Assembly: GCA_043228905.1 (NCBI GenBank)
Contig: JBHGNT010000022.1
Span: 11,098,001 to 11,162,000 of the forward strand
DNA from: Azolla caroliniana
Taxonomy: Eukaryota; Plantae; Polypodiophyta
DNA length: 64,000 nt
Reading direction: 5' to 3'
Numbering within the stretch: position 1 is the stretch's first letter; each line of letters begins with the position of its first letter. Below, one piece after another: positions 23,890 to 34,655 of this stretch. The position numbers were made by a program, and so were the translations under genes. Below the pieces are notes generated by a model. That model saw only the letters and a list, made by a program, of their open reading frames with translations, was not told the origin of the DNA and ran no database searches.

Positions 23890-26800
23890 CAGTTACACGC
23901 TCTGATTTCTTCTTGCACCAACAAGAAAGAATGACTACTATACCACACTAAAAGTTTGCCCTAAGTCATACTTATACTAGTAAGACTTTTCGGCTACCGG
24001 AGTATCCATTTGACCGCGTTCCAATGCTCCTTGCCGGGATTACTCATGAACCGGCTCACCACTCCGACTGCGTATCCAATGTCCGGTCGGGTACAAACCA
24101 TTGCGTACATCAAGCTCCCGACGGCAGAGGCATATGGAATCTTTATCATATCTGCCTTTTCTCCTTTTGTCTTCGGGCTTTGCTTGCCGGACAACTTGCA
24201 GTTTGCCGGGAGTGTCGATCCGACCGGTTTTGCATCTGACATGTTGAACCGGTGAAGCACCTTTGTCACATACTTCTCCTGTGACAGCCATAATTGCTTC
24301 ACTGACCGGTCCCGAATGATGTGCATCCCCAACATCTGTCTTGCCGGACCCAAGTCTTTCATTGAGAAGGTCCGGTTGAGAGCCTTCTTCAGCATCCGTA
24401 TTTTGCCTTTGTCTCGTCCGACGATCAACATGTCATCCACGTACAGGAGGAGTATCAGGAAGTTCCCTCCTTCGAACTTCTTCACAAACACACAGTGGTC
24501 GGCCTGCGTCTTGTGGTACCCTTGATCGGTCATGAAGGAGTCGAACTTCCGATACCATTGTCGGGGAGCCTGCTTCAGTCCGTACAAGCTCTTCTTCAAC
24601 CTGCATACCAGGTGCTCCTTCCCTTTCTCCACAAATCCTTCCGGTTGCTGCATGTAGATCTCCTCTTCGAGGTCGCCGTGGAGGAATGTCGTCTTCACGT
24701 CCAGCTGCTCTACCTCGAGATCCATGCTTGCTGCTATACTCAGCACCGTCCGGATGGAGGTCATCTTTACTACCGGGGCAAATATTTCGTCGAAGTCCAC
24801 GCCCTTCTTCTGCTGGAACCCCTTCACCACGATCCTGGCTTTGTATCTCGGGGGGTTGCCGGCATCTCCCGGTTTCAACTTGAACACCCACTTGTTTCGA
24901 AGTGCCCGCTTTCCTTTCGGCAGCTCCACCAATTCGTACGTATGGTTCTCATGCAGGGAATCCATCTCATCCTGCATGGCACTTAACCATTTTCGGCTGT
25001 GGGTGTCAACCTTCGCTTCTTCGAAGCTTTCCGGCTCCCCCTCATCGGTCAGCAGGACATGCTCTGCATCCGGAAATCTCCGGGGCGCCCTTTTCTCTCT
25101 GAGAGGATATCTACGTCTTCGGGCTTCGGTAATCGGTTCCTCCATTTCCTCTTCATCCGAATCCGATTCGGGGTGTTGGCCGGTTCCGGTCTCAGCTTCC
25201 TCTACTTCTTCTTCTGCCGGTTCGGTATCCTCACCGTAACCGGCTGGTTCCTCGAGTGCTAACCGGTCTCTTGCCGGTTGGGTCTGCTCACTGTAGAGTC
25301 TATCCTTACCGGTCGACTCGGAGTTCATTATCTTCTTCTCCGACTCCCAGTCGGCGAGCGTCTTGTTCTCCAAGAAGATAATATCTCGACTCCGGAATAC
25401 CTTCTTGTCGACCGGGTCCCACACTCGGTAGCCGAACTCATCGTCACCGTAACCGAGGAATATGCATGGCCTGGTCTTTGGATCTAGCTTTCCTCTTCGG
25501 TCCTTTGCTACATGCACATACGCGAGACACCCGAACACCCTTAGATGCCGGTAGGACAGTTCCTTACCGGTCCATACTCTCTGTGGCGTGTCTCCGTCCA
25601 AGGGTACTGAGGGTGATCTGTTTATCACATATGTCGCCGTCGACAGTGCCTCAGCCCAAAACGTCTTGGGTAGTTTTGCATGCGCTAGCATACTCCGGAC
25701 CCTCTCCATTATGGTCCGGTTCATCCTCTCGGCCAGTCCGTTTAGTTCCGGCGTCTTCGGCACGGTAAATTCGAGCCGGATTCCCTTCGAGCGGCAGTAC
25801 TCCTCGAACTGCCCCCGGTACTCTCCTCCGTTATCTACTCGAACCGCCTTCAGCTTCCGGCCGGTTTCTCTTTCCACTCTCGCGTGGAGCTCTTTAAAGA
25901 CGGATAACACCTGATCCTTCGTCTTCAGCGGTGTGGCCCACAGCTTCCGGCTGTGGTCATCTATGAACGTCACGAAGTACTGCGCTCCGGCATGTGACTT
26001 CGTGTCTACTTGACAAACATCCGTATGCACCAACTCCAGTGGTGCATTACGTCTCATCGGTGGCCTTGGTCGGAAGGAGGTCCGGTTCTGCTTACCGGCC
26101 AGACAATCAGTGCACTTCTCTAAATGCACGTTCTTCACTGGAATGAGGTTGTCGTCTGCAAGCCTCTTCATCCCCTTCTCACTCATGTGACATAGCCTCT
26201 TGTGCCACAGCTCACCGGAAGTGTCGGAAGCCACGTTCACTTCTTCCGGACATAACCGGGCATTCATCAGGTACAGTGTGTTTACCTTCCGGGCCCGAGC
26301 CACAATCAGGCTCCCTTTGCTGAACTTCATGACACCGTTCCGGATGCTACACGTGTAGCCTTCATCATCTAGCCGACCGGCTGATATCAGGTTCAGACGA
26401 ACTTCCGGAACGTGTCGGGCATCTTTCAACAGCAACTTACATCCGGTTGGTGTTGTCAGCCACACGTCTCCTATGCCGACAATTCGGCATGTTCCTTCAT
26501 TCCCCATCCGGACCCAGCCGTGATCACCGGCTGAGTAGGATGAGAAGCATTTCCGGTCCGGGGTAAGGTGGAACGACGCTCTGGAGTCTACCACCCAGGT
26601 CATCTCGTCGCCGGCGTGGTTTATCTCACTCTCCTCGGTGATGAGCATCAACTCCTCTTCACTTGCCGCAATTGCCGTCGTTCCCTTCCGGTCCGGCCCC
26701 CTCCGGTCTTTACCATTCCGGTCTGTACCGTTCCGGTTCGGGGTTTGCTTCGAATCGGTACCGTCGGTTTCCTTGTCTTTACGGAAATGCCGACAGTTCT

Positions 26801-27832
26801 TTTGGAAGTGTCCCGGCTTGCCGCAATAGAAGCAAGTAGGCCTCCCCCTTGACTTTGACCGTGTCCCCGACTTCTCCCGGTTCTGGGGACTACGGTTTCT
26901 ATGCCTTCCGCGTTCCGATTCGGTAAGGAGCGCTTTGGAGTCGGAGCTCGTATCTTTGTCTTTCCGACGAGCCTCCTCATCTAGCAAGCTCGACTTTACT
27001 CTTGCTAGGGATAACCGTTTTCCTTCCGGCCCGGCGTTGCCCAAAGTGACAACCAACGTCTCCCAGCTGTCCGGGAGGGAACCGAGCAGGAGTAGCGCTA
27101 GTACCTCATCGGCAAGAGGTACTTCCAATGACGTTGCCTGGTGAATCAGCCCCTGGAAGGCATTTATATGCTCCGCCATGCTGGAGCCATCTTGGTACCG
27201 GAGTCTTACTAGCTTCCGGAATACCGACACCTGATTGACAGCATTTTTGTTCTGGAACATTATGCCGATCTTCTCCCAGAGCTCATGAGCCTTACTCTCT
27301 TCATTGAAGTTGTTGTACAGGCTCATGTCGATGAAGCACCGTATATACGCCGTTGTCTTCATGTGCATCACCTCCCATATCGCGGCGTCGATTTTGTCCG
27401 GTCTCTTGTCCCCGAACTGAACCGGCAGCCAGAGGTCTTTAACCACGAGCATGTCCCTCATCTTCGACTTCCACACTGAATAGTTGGAGCTGGTGAGCTT
27501 GAACATGCCGCCAAACGATTCGTCCATTTTCTGTGTCGATTTTGCTTTGATACCACTTATTGGGAACACGACGTTCCTTATGTCCGACGCTCGGCCACAA
27601 CCGAGATTCTTTTATACACAGAAAAACAGGTACTTTAACGCGACACAAAGAGGAGAAATGGTACACAGGAGGTTTACGTGGAAAACCCCAAAATAGGGGA
27701 AAAAACCACGGCAGCCCACAAGCTGCAAACTGTCACTATGTAGAAATATACAACAGTGAGACCACTGAGGCAACGACCTCGTGCTCTCAGATCTTCGCCA
27801 CAGGCGGCGGTTACAACAGAGGCAACGACCTC

Positions 27833-27875
<43 letters not shown>

Positions 27876-28199
27876 CAGTTACACGCTCTGATTTCTTCTT
27901 GCACCAACAAGAAAGAATGACTACTATACCACACTAAAAGTTTGCCCTAAGTCATACTTATACTAGTAAGACTTTTCGGCTATTTACAAATGTAGCCTTG
28001 ATGGGCTCCATCCGGCTCTCCGCAGTCGGGTACTCCTCATCCGGTTCTCCGCAGTTGGGCCTACACCATCCGACTCTCCGCAGTCGGGTTCTCCCCATCC
28101 GGTTCATACCGTTTCGGCCTCGGCCTATCGGCCTCGGCCGAGTTTGTTCGTCGGCACTGTTCTTCTCCCTTCCCATCCGGAGGGACCTGTCTGCCAACA
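23582..28199 (-). mobile_element. Ty1/copia element C (Tnt1/Tork-like), young, with RNaseH, PPT and U3 of the 3' LTR deleted
   Basis: TSD CTTGT (23577-23581 and 28200-28204), 5' LTR 27558-28199, partial 3' LTR 23582-~23996, tRNA-iMet PBS. Confidence 0.95.
23994..27527 (-). CDS. Copia Gag-PR-INT-RT polyprotein, open frame truncated before RNaseH
   Basis: Motifs CFYCGKPGHFQKNC, WVVDS, ELWHKRLCH, DNGGEY, YGLKQAPR and YVDD. The frame ends at AVKWILR at the deletion junction. Confidence 0.92.
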   Translation of the reverse strand: MDESFGGMFKLTSSNYSVWKSKMRDMLVVKDLWLPVQFGDKRPDKIDAAIWEVMHMKTTAYIRCFIDMSLYNNFNEESKAHELWEKIGIMFQNKNAVNQVSVFRKLVRLRYQDGSSMAEHINAFQGLIHQATSLEVPLADEVLALLLLGSLPDSWETLVVTLGNAGPEGKRLSLARVKSSLLDEEARRKDKDTSSDSKALLTESERGRHRNRSPQNREKSGTRSKSRGRPTCFYCGKPGHFQKNCRHFRKDKETDGTDSKQTPNRNGTDRNGKDRRGPDRKGTTAIAASEEELMLITEESEINHAGDEMTWVVDSRASFHLTPDRKCFSSYSAGDHGWVRMGNEGTCRIVGIGDVWLTTPTGCKLLLKDARHVPEVRLNLISAGRLDDEGYTCSIRNGVMKFSKGSLIVARARKVNTLYLMNARLCPEEVNVASDTSGELWHKRLCHMSEKGMKRLADDNLIPVKNVHLEKCTDCLAGKQNRTSFRPRPPMRRNAPLELVHTDVCQVDTKSHAGAQYFVTFIDDHSRKLWATPLKTKDQVLSVFKELHARVERETGRKLKAVRVDNGGEYRGQFEEYCRSKGIRLEFTVPKTPELNGLAERMNRTIMERVRSMLAHAKLPKTFWAEALSTATYVINRSPSVPLDGDTPQRVWTGKELSYRHLRVFGCLAYVHVAKDRRGKLDPKTRPCIFLGYGDDEFGYRVWDPVDKKVFRSRDIIFLENKTLADWESEKKIMNSESTGKDRLYSEQTQPARDRLALEEPAGYGEDTEPAEEEVEEAETGTGQHPESDSDEEEMEEPITEARRRRYPLREKRAPRRFPDAEHVLLTDEGEPESFEEAKVDTHSRKWLSAMQDEMDSLHENHTYELVELPKGKRALRNKWVFKLKPGDAGNPPRYKARIVVKGFQQKKGVDFDEIFAPVVKMTSIRTVLSIAASMDLEVEQLDVKTTFLHGDLEEEIYMQQPEGFVEKGKEHLVCRLKKSLYGLKQAPRQWYRKFDSFMTDQGYHKTQADHCVFVKKFEGGNFLILLLYVDDMLIVGRDKGKIRMLKKALNRTFSMKDLGPARQMLGMHIIRDRSVKQLWLSQEKYVTKVLHRFNMSDAKPVGSTLPANCKLSGKQSPKTKGEKADMIKIPYASAVGSLMYAMVCTRPDIGYAVGVVSRFMSNPGKEHWNAVKWILR

Positions 28200-28634
28200 C
28201 TTGTCTATCTCCTTAACCCTTATCAGAGCGAGTGAAGATTACGGTTAAAGACTAATAGAGCTAAACCCAAATATTCTTCTTTTGTATGGTCCTAAACCTC
28301 TTTGTATCAAGAAGAGTGTTGATTAATACAATACTTTCCATGTGTTTACCTTGTCTATCATTGTGTGTGTGTGATTGAAAGAGAGAGAGAGAGAGAGAGA
28401 ATAAAGTGAGAGAGATTAAGTGCTAATCTTGAGTGAAGTTGGTTGGTAGCTCATAGGTACTTGACAACCACTCACGCCTGGTTAGCCACCAAGAGGGAAT
28501 ATGATAGTTTGGAGTCAAGGCTAATGACATCGACAGGAGGTATAACTCCATCGATGAATAGACACATTTCGTGAGGTACACGAAAGCGGCATAATTATAG
28601 AATGACTTGCCTAATTAAACGTATTGGAGATCAA

Positions 28635-28706
28635 AGGTTCTATCGAGATTTGAACTCGAGCTTTTGGATTCAGAGTCCAATGTCCTAACCACTAGACTAT
28701 AGAACC
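28635..28706 (-). tRNA. tRNA-Gln(CUG)
   Basis: Full cloverleaf, identical to the other CUG copies. Confidence 0.85.
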
Positions 28707-28929
28707 ATGTTATTTTTTAAGTATAAAAATATTAGATAATTTTATGCTATCGAGCTTTTAAATTATAAGTCCAAAGCTAACTACTTGACTATAGAACCAT
28801 GTGTTACATCTTGTTTTCTAATATTAGCTAGTTGGTTTTTGGAGTTCCATGTACTAACCACTAAACTTTAGAGCCATTCCTTGCATCTGGGCTTGGACTT
28901 CGAAGTCATGCATTACGTCTTGTTTTGCA

Positions 28930-29999
28930 TGTCTTGTTTGACAATCTGGCCGACCGAGACGAGGTTTTTCATGATGTTTGGGACATGCATGAAGTTTTTG
29001 AGGTAGGTTTGTTTTTCGTTGTTGGACATTCCTTATATACCATATTGAATGAGTCTTGTGATCGCCTATTTCGAGATATCTGGGCCGTTTGGTCTTTCGT
29101 AATTCTCGGAACCAATCTTCATGAGATGTAATATGATTGGATCCTCCCGAGTCAACGAACCATACATTATCTGAGGGTGTGGTGCTTGTTTCACCTTGTG
29201 TCACCATTGAGTTCGCTTTGTGGCTCATCGTGAAAATTCCGCTACGATGATTGTAACGGGAATTCGATGCGTAATTCATGAGCGGTCGACTAGTCGAAGA
29301 GTAGTCTCGCTTCTTCTTTCGGCACTCCTCTTCTTAGTGGCCAAGTTTTCCCCAGTACCCGCATTCGATCAAGCATTTACGATTTCTTGGTCTGACAGGA
29401 TGGCTCCCCCTTCTTCCAGACGCTCCGCCTTGCGTTTTTGACGCGTCTTATCGATAGTAGAAGTTGTTTTCACGGGGTTGCTCTTGGTTGTGTCGGCCTC
29501 TATTTCCTCAACCCTATCCTTGAAAATCTTCTTAAGATTGCCCCATGCCTCTTTCAGTGTTTTCGACTCTCGAATGTAGCCGAGCATATGATCATGAACG
29601 CACGATGCAAGGCAATACAACACAGGGCTCGCGGCCTGCTCCCAAGTTGGGCAGTCGGCGTGTGTTGGGTTGGGTTGCGTTTCGTGGGCACCTTCAATAT
29701 AGCTCCAATAGCCTTGTCCAACAAGGTATTGATGCATTTGGTACTCCCAAGATGCGAAGTTTGTTCGTTCTAGCTTCTCTGTAGGAAGAACACTTCCCAT
29801 TTGAGTGTTCATGACTTCGATTTCTTCTCTGTTGCTCGAACCGGTTCTGATGATTGTTAGTGTTGTGATCACAATATAGTTGAGCGAGTTTGATCAGATA
29901 ACCACATGCTCTGATACCATGTAAAGAATTGACAGAGATTTAGTGTAGCGGAAGATGACGATGTGTGTGTGTGTGTGTGTGTGTGTGTACATAAGACAC

Positions 30000-30036
<37 letters not shown>

Positions 30037-30207
30037 GAACAAGAAACTGTATATTACTTCCAACAAACTACTAAGTTACAAAGGGTTGGTTTAAATACCA
30101 ACTAGGCTAGGGCAAGTGCCCTTTCAACTATTTACAAAACTAGCTTGGTGTGTCCATGAGCTAGTGTGAAACCTATCTCTATGGGAAGTTGTGTTGGACT
30201 CTCAACA
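28930..30207 (-). mobile_element. Ty1/copia element D (different family), 5' LTR plus decayed gag/PR fragment
   Basis: LTR 29920-30207, PBS TGGTATCAGAGC at 29908-29919, gag NFASWEYQM, protease WFVDSG. Confidence 0.85.
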
Positions 30208-30275
30208 TAATCCAAAAGCTTGAGTTCAAATCTGGATATGAAAAAATTAGGTAATGTTTATCTAGAAAATAAGAT

Positions 30276-30347
30276 GGCTCTATAGTTTAGTAGTTAGGAC
30301 ATTGGACTCTGAATCCAAAAGCTCAACATCAAATCTCAATAGAACCT
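30276..30347 (+). pseudogene. tRNA-Gln(CUG) pseudogene
   Basis: GGCTCTATAGTTTAGTAGTTAGGACATTGGACTCTGAATCCAAAAGCTCAACATCAAATCTCAATAGAACCT, with damaged A and B boxes. Confidence 0.8.
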
Positions 30348-30587
30348 TTGATCTCCAATACATTTAATTGGGTGAGTCATTCTATAATTATGTTGCTTCT
30401 GTGTACCTCAAGGACTGTATCTATACATCAATGGATTTATACCTCCAGTCAAAGTCCTTGGCCTTCACTCCAAACTGTCATATTCCGTCTGGGCAAACCA
30501 GACGTGTGTGGTTATCAAGTACCTATCAGCTACCAACCAACTTCACTCAAGATTAGCATTTTATATCGTTGTCGTTCTCTCTCACTT

Positions 30588-30660
<73 letters not shown>

Positions 30661-31201
30661 TGATAGACAAGGTAAACACATGGAAAGTATTGTATTAATC
30701 AACACTCTTCTTGATACAAAGAGATTTAGCACCATACAAAAGAAGAAGATTTGGGTTTAGCTCTATTAGTCTTTAACCCTGATCTTCGTTTCCCTTGATA
30801 AGGGTTAAAGAGATAGAGAAAGGCATAATGCACTAATCCGATGAGAACTCTCAAGAATGAAGGAGCCCTTCAAAAGTCATCAAAATGTGTCTTTTACACT
30901 TAATATATCTCTTTCACACTAGGGTGCCCATTTGGATACATTTGGTTTGTTCTATCCCCCTTTTCCTAAGGTTGATTGAGCTTGGTGTCCTTAATGGTGC
31001 CGTGATCTTCATGACCGGAATGTTGCGTGCCGGTTACTTAAGTTGAGATCTGAGGCATGGTTTTAAAGTCTAGTGGTTTGGATATTGAAAAATAGCTTAA
31101 GTTGGAAATGAGTACATTTAATTTGATGAGCCATTCTACAACATTTAGGACATTGAATTTTAATCCAATAGTAAGATTGGAAATCCAAATGTAACCCATA
31201 G

Positions 31202-31598
31202 TGTTATCCGTATAGGTGTATGGGAGGGTCAAGGTGTAATGTGTATGGTCTAAGGTGTTTAATGTATATGAGTGTGTGAGGATGAGTATGTGTGAGCACA
31301 TGCCCAATTATGTGCATGTGACAAGAATGTAATGGTCCTCTTTTTATAACGGTCATATTATTAACCATTACATTATGTACTATAAAAACTAGCCTGGTGG
31401 GGCACATAGTAGAGATAGCTTTTTCCCCTCATTTTTGTGTCATTTCGTATTTTCACTCTACTTTGCTCTCTCTATCATAACCCCCATGGGAGGGGGGGTG
31501 AAGCCATTCTAGGTGAACCCTAACAACACTTTTGGCACGCTTGAACGGTCGACATCCCTTGAGAGGAAGTCTATCCCTCACTCTTCCCTCTCCATCAC

Positions 31599-31664
<66 letters not shown>

Positions 31665-32716
31665 CTGTCTAGGGAGAGTGGTTGGTCCATGGACTCTTCT
31701 ATGTGAGAGCCAATCTGCGAAGGCAATGGTGATTTCTCTCCTCACTCTCTCTACCTAAAACCCTAGACACCACAGAGTTCATCTCTATGCCCATCTCTCT
31801 CATTCTTGTATTTGCATTTGTGTTTGTGTTGTGCGTGTGTCTGTTTATGTCTATTTCCAAAAGATGAAGGCGAAGAAGAGGATGATGACAATGATTATTA
31901 GGAGGAAGGTCAAACAGTTTCTCTGCATAGATCCTGCTCACCATCATCTTCCGAACTGCAGCCTTCCGAACTGCATAGAATTAGAGTTTCTTCTTCTAAG
32001 AAAGAAGAGAATACTACTGGATATGACTTCCCTACATGTCTCCCTTATAGTTGTCCAGGAAACGGTCTTTTCGTGTCATAATTTCTCTGCGTGTCGAGCC
32101 ATATTCTTTGGCATCAGATGTTATTTCTACCATTGATTTTGATGAAACAAGATCTTTCTTGCTACTGGTTGCATCGCTTGCAAGGTCAAAGTGTGCTCCT
32201 TCAAGAATCTCACAGATAATCTTGAACAAGAAACCGTGCCTAACAGGGAAGATGAAAAATCAAGAAAGTGACAAAGAGGCCAGGCCTGATGAAGGAATCG
32301 ATGGCTATAGCATTCAACTAATGTTTCTGCCACCGCCTCTTGGGTTGATATGCATGCTGGCGCAGATGTCAGCATACTACTGTCCTCTGCAATGCAGTGT
32401 CCCATAGGCGTGCAAGGTGTTATCCGTATAGGTGTATGGGAGGGTCAAGGTGTACTATGTATGGTCTAAGGTGTTTAATGTATATGAGTGTGCGAGGATG
32501 AGTATGTGTGAGCACATGCACAATTATGTGCATGTGACAAGAATTTAACAGTCATATTATTAACTGTTACATTATGTACTATAAAAACTAGCTTGGTGGG
32601 GCACATAGTAGAGATAGCTTTTTCCCCTCATTTTTGTGTCATTTCGTATTTTCACTCTCCTTCGCTCTCTCTATCATAACCCCCTTGGGATGGCTTCACC
32701 CCCCACCCCAACAACA
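31202..32716 (+). mobile_element. Small non-autonomous LTR element (TRIM-like) with captured cargo
   Basis: Direct repeats 31202-31528 and 32418-32716 (TG...CA), TSD CATAG, PBS TGGCACGC at 31533, and no gag or pol in the ~890-bp interior. Confidence 0.9.
32050..32375 (+). pseudogene. Captured fragment of a RUP/COP1/SPA-type WD40 gene (first blade)
   Basis: Frameshifted translation ASDVISTIDFDETRSF/ATGCIACKVKVCSF...ICMLAQMS resembles the RUP motifs SDxIGAIEFDPT..ATxGIxRKIR...ICTPAKLS, recalled from memory. Confidence 0.65.
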
Positions 32717-34655
32717 CATAGTTCTATAGTTTAATGGTTAGATTATTAGATTTTGAATCTCAAACCTTGAGTTCAAATATCGATGGAACTTATTATATCC
32801 AATACATGTTTATCTAGATGAGTGACTCTAGATAGACAATTTGTCATGAGTAGATGAAAACCCATGAGGTTTAGGGTGACTCGAACTCATGACCTCCTAA
32901 GGAAAAGTACTCAACTCTAGCTATTAGGTTATACATAAAGATATTATAATTTACTTTATTATAATATTGATAATGTAACCCTATAAATATCCAAAGGGTG
33001 CCATGACCCTTCAATATCCCAAAGGGTGCCATGACCCTACAACATCCCAAAGGGTATCATGACCCTACAAATACCCAAGGGGCACATACTACTCCTATAT
33101 AAATAGGACGTATTGTATTGTTAGGACCATTCTGGTTCAACGTCAATCTTTGGCAAATATTCTAGTTCTTGCTCTTGTATATTTTCCTATTATAATAAAA
33201 TATAGTCATTGTTGTCTCTTTCTTTTCCTCTCTTGTTCAATCTTCTTTTGTCAAGCTAGGGCCTTGACAATTTGAACCAGAATATCCTCTCTCTTTCTCT
33301 CCCTCTTTCTCGCCAACTCTCTCTCTCTCTCTCTCTTCTTTCCTTCTTTTCCTTGAGAATCCTATCAAGCAAGAGTATGTCTGAGTCGTCATGGAGTCCG
33401 TTAGCAAGCAAGAGTATGCCCGAGTCGTCTCTAAGCTTGAGCATCTCACAAATAAGTTTCTGGCTCTAGAGCAAGAGAATCAATGATTGCTTGGAGATTT
33501 ACAACTTGAGTAAGCATAGAAAAGGCGCAACAATATGACGAGTTATCAACACGTGTATTGCAACTCGAAACAACATTGTGGTCTCTTCATCAACAAGCTT
33601 CGATGCAACAAAGCTCTCCTAAAGAACCAAAGATTTGTTTGCCCGAGAAGTTCAATGGTAATCGATCACACATTCGAGGATTTCTAAACTAGGTGTGTCT
33701 AGTAATTCATATGCATCCTAATAGATATCCAACCGATACAACTTGAGTTGGACTAGTAGGAACCCTCTTAACAGGAACGACATTAGCATGGTTTGCACCA
33801 CTGCTAGAAAAGAAATCTCCTCTCCTTCACGACTTTGAAGGTTTTATTAAAGAATTTCAAGAAACCTTTGGAGACATTGATCGTGTTAGAATTGCGATCA
33901 ATAAAATTTGAAGGTCCTGCATCAAGGGTGTTACGAGCATGGAGCTGTTACCATGATTTTAGTAGCAATAAATCTGGCCATTTTAGTTAGTCAATCAACC
34001 ACAACCCAGATGGCATCATGGCCTTTTTGGGTGCGAGGAAGGCTAACAATAAAATCCATGGATATACTTTCCCACTTATTATTGGGAATGTCCAAGGGAT
34101 GTAAAAGTCTTGCGGCTTTAAGTCACTCGTCTTTGTTAACCTGACATTGGTGACATTTAGTCACATAGCTATGTATGTCAAGACGCATCTTAGGCCAATA
34201 AAATTGAGTGGAGATGGAACGAGTGTACGTTGTATTCCAGGGTGCCCTGCTGAGGGTGCATCATGGCATTAAAAAAGAATTCTCTTTTTGACCTCAAGTA
34301 AATCTAGAACACAAACCTTCCCATTACGGTAGAGCAGACCGTTACCAATGTGGAAGTATTCCTTCGAAGATGTGGTGGTGTCTGTTCTAGACTCAACTCT
34401 TGCCCAGTATTTTGCAAAATAATTGTCATCAGGATACTTTCCTCGAAGGTGATCATAAAGATCTGATGATATTTCAGTGAAGCTAAGCGTGTTAACTTCA
34501 CGGATGCGACTTAGTGCATCAACGACAGTGTTCATGGAACCTTTACGATATTGTATGGAAAAATCAAAGTCCTGGATGAGATCAGCCCATCGTGCCTTAC
34601 GACCTTTGAGGTCTTGTTGGTCACAAAAATATTTCAAGGACTCGTGGTCCGTAGT

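Larger units (their letters stand above)
13960..28930 (-). repeat. Tandem array with a ~1,580-bp unit containing tRNA-Gln genes, interrupted by a solo LTR, a LINE and a copia element
   Basis: Near-identical units. tRNA-Gln(CUG) lies at 20850, 22430 and 28635 (24012 after removing the insertion), and tRNA-Gln(UUG) at 14004, 21353 and 22933. Period is 1580-1582 bp. Confidence 0.95.
30208..32841 (+). repeat. Diverged copy of the tRNA-Gln array unit in inverted orientation, split by the element at 31202-32716
   Basis: Reverse complement of the unit, e.g. tgatagacaaggtaaacacatggaaagtattg at 30661. Confidence 0.9.

Noticed and set aside
20570-28930. CRISPR-like or rDNA/5S interpretation of the periodic repeats
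   Set aside because: The context is eukaryotic, the spacers are not unique, the repeats are tRNA-Gln derived, and no rRNA sequence was recognised.
30348-33469. Short ORFs rich in SL, ER or HT dipeptides
   Set aside because: They are translations of (CT)n, (GA)n and (CA)n microsatellites.
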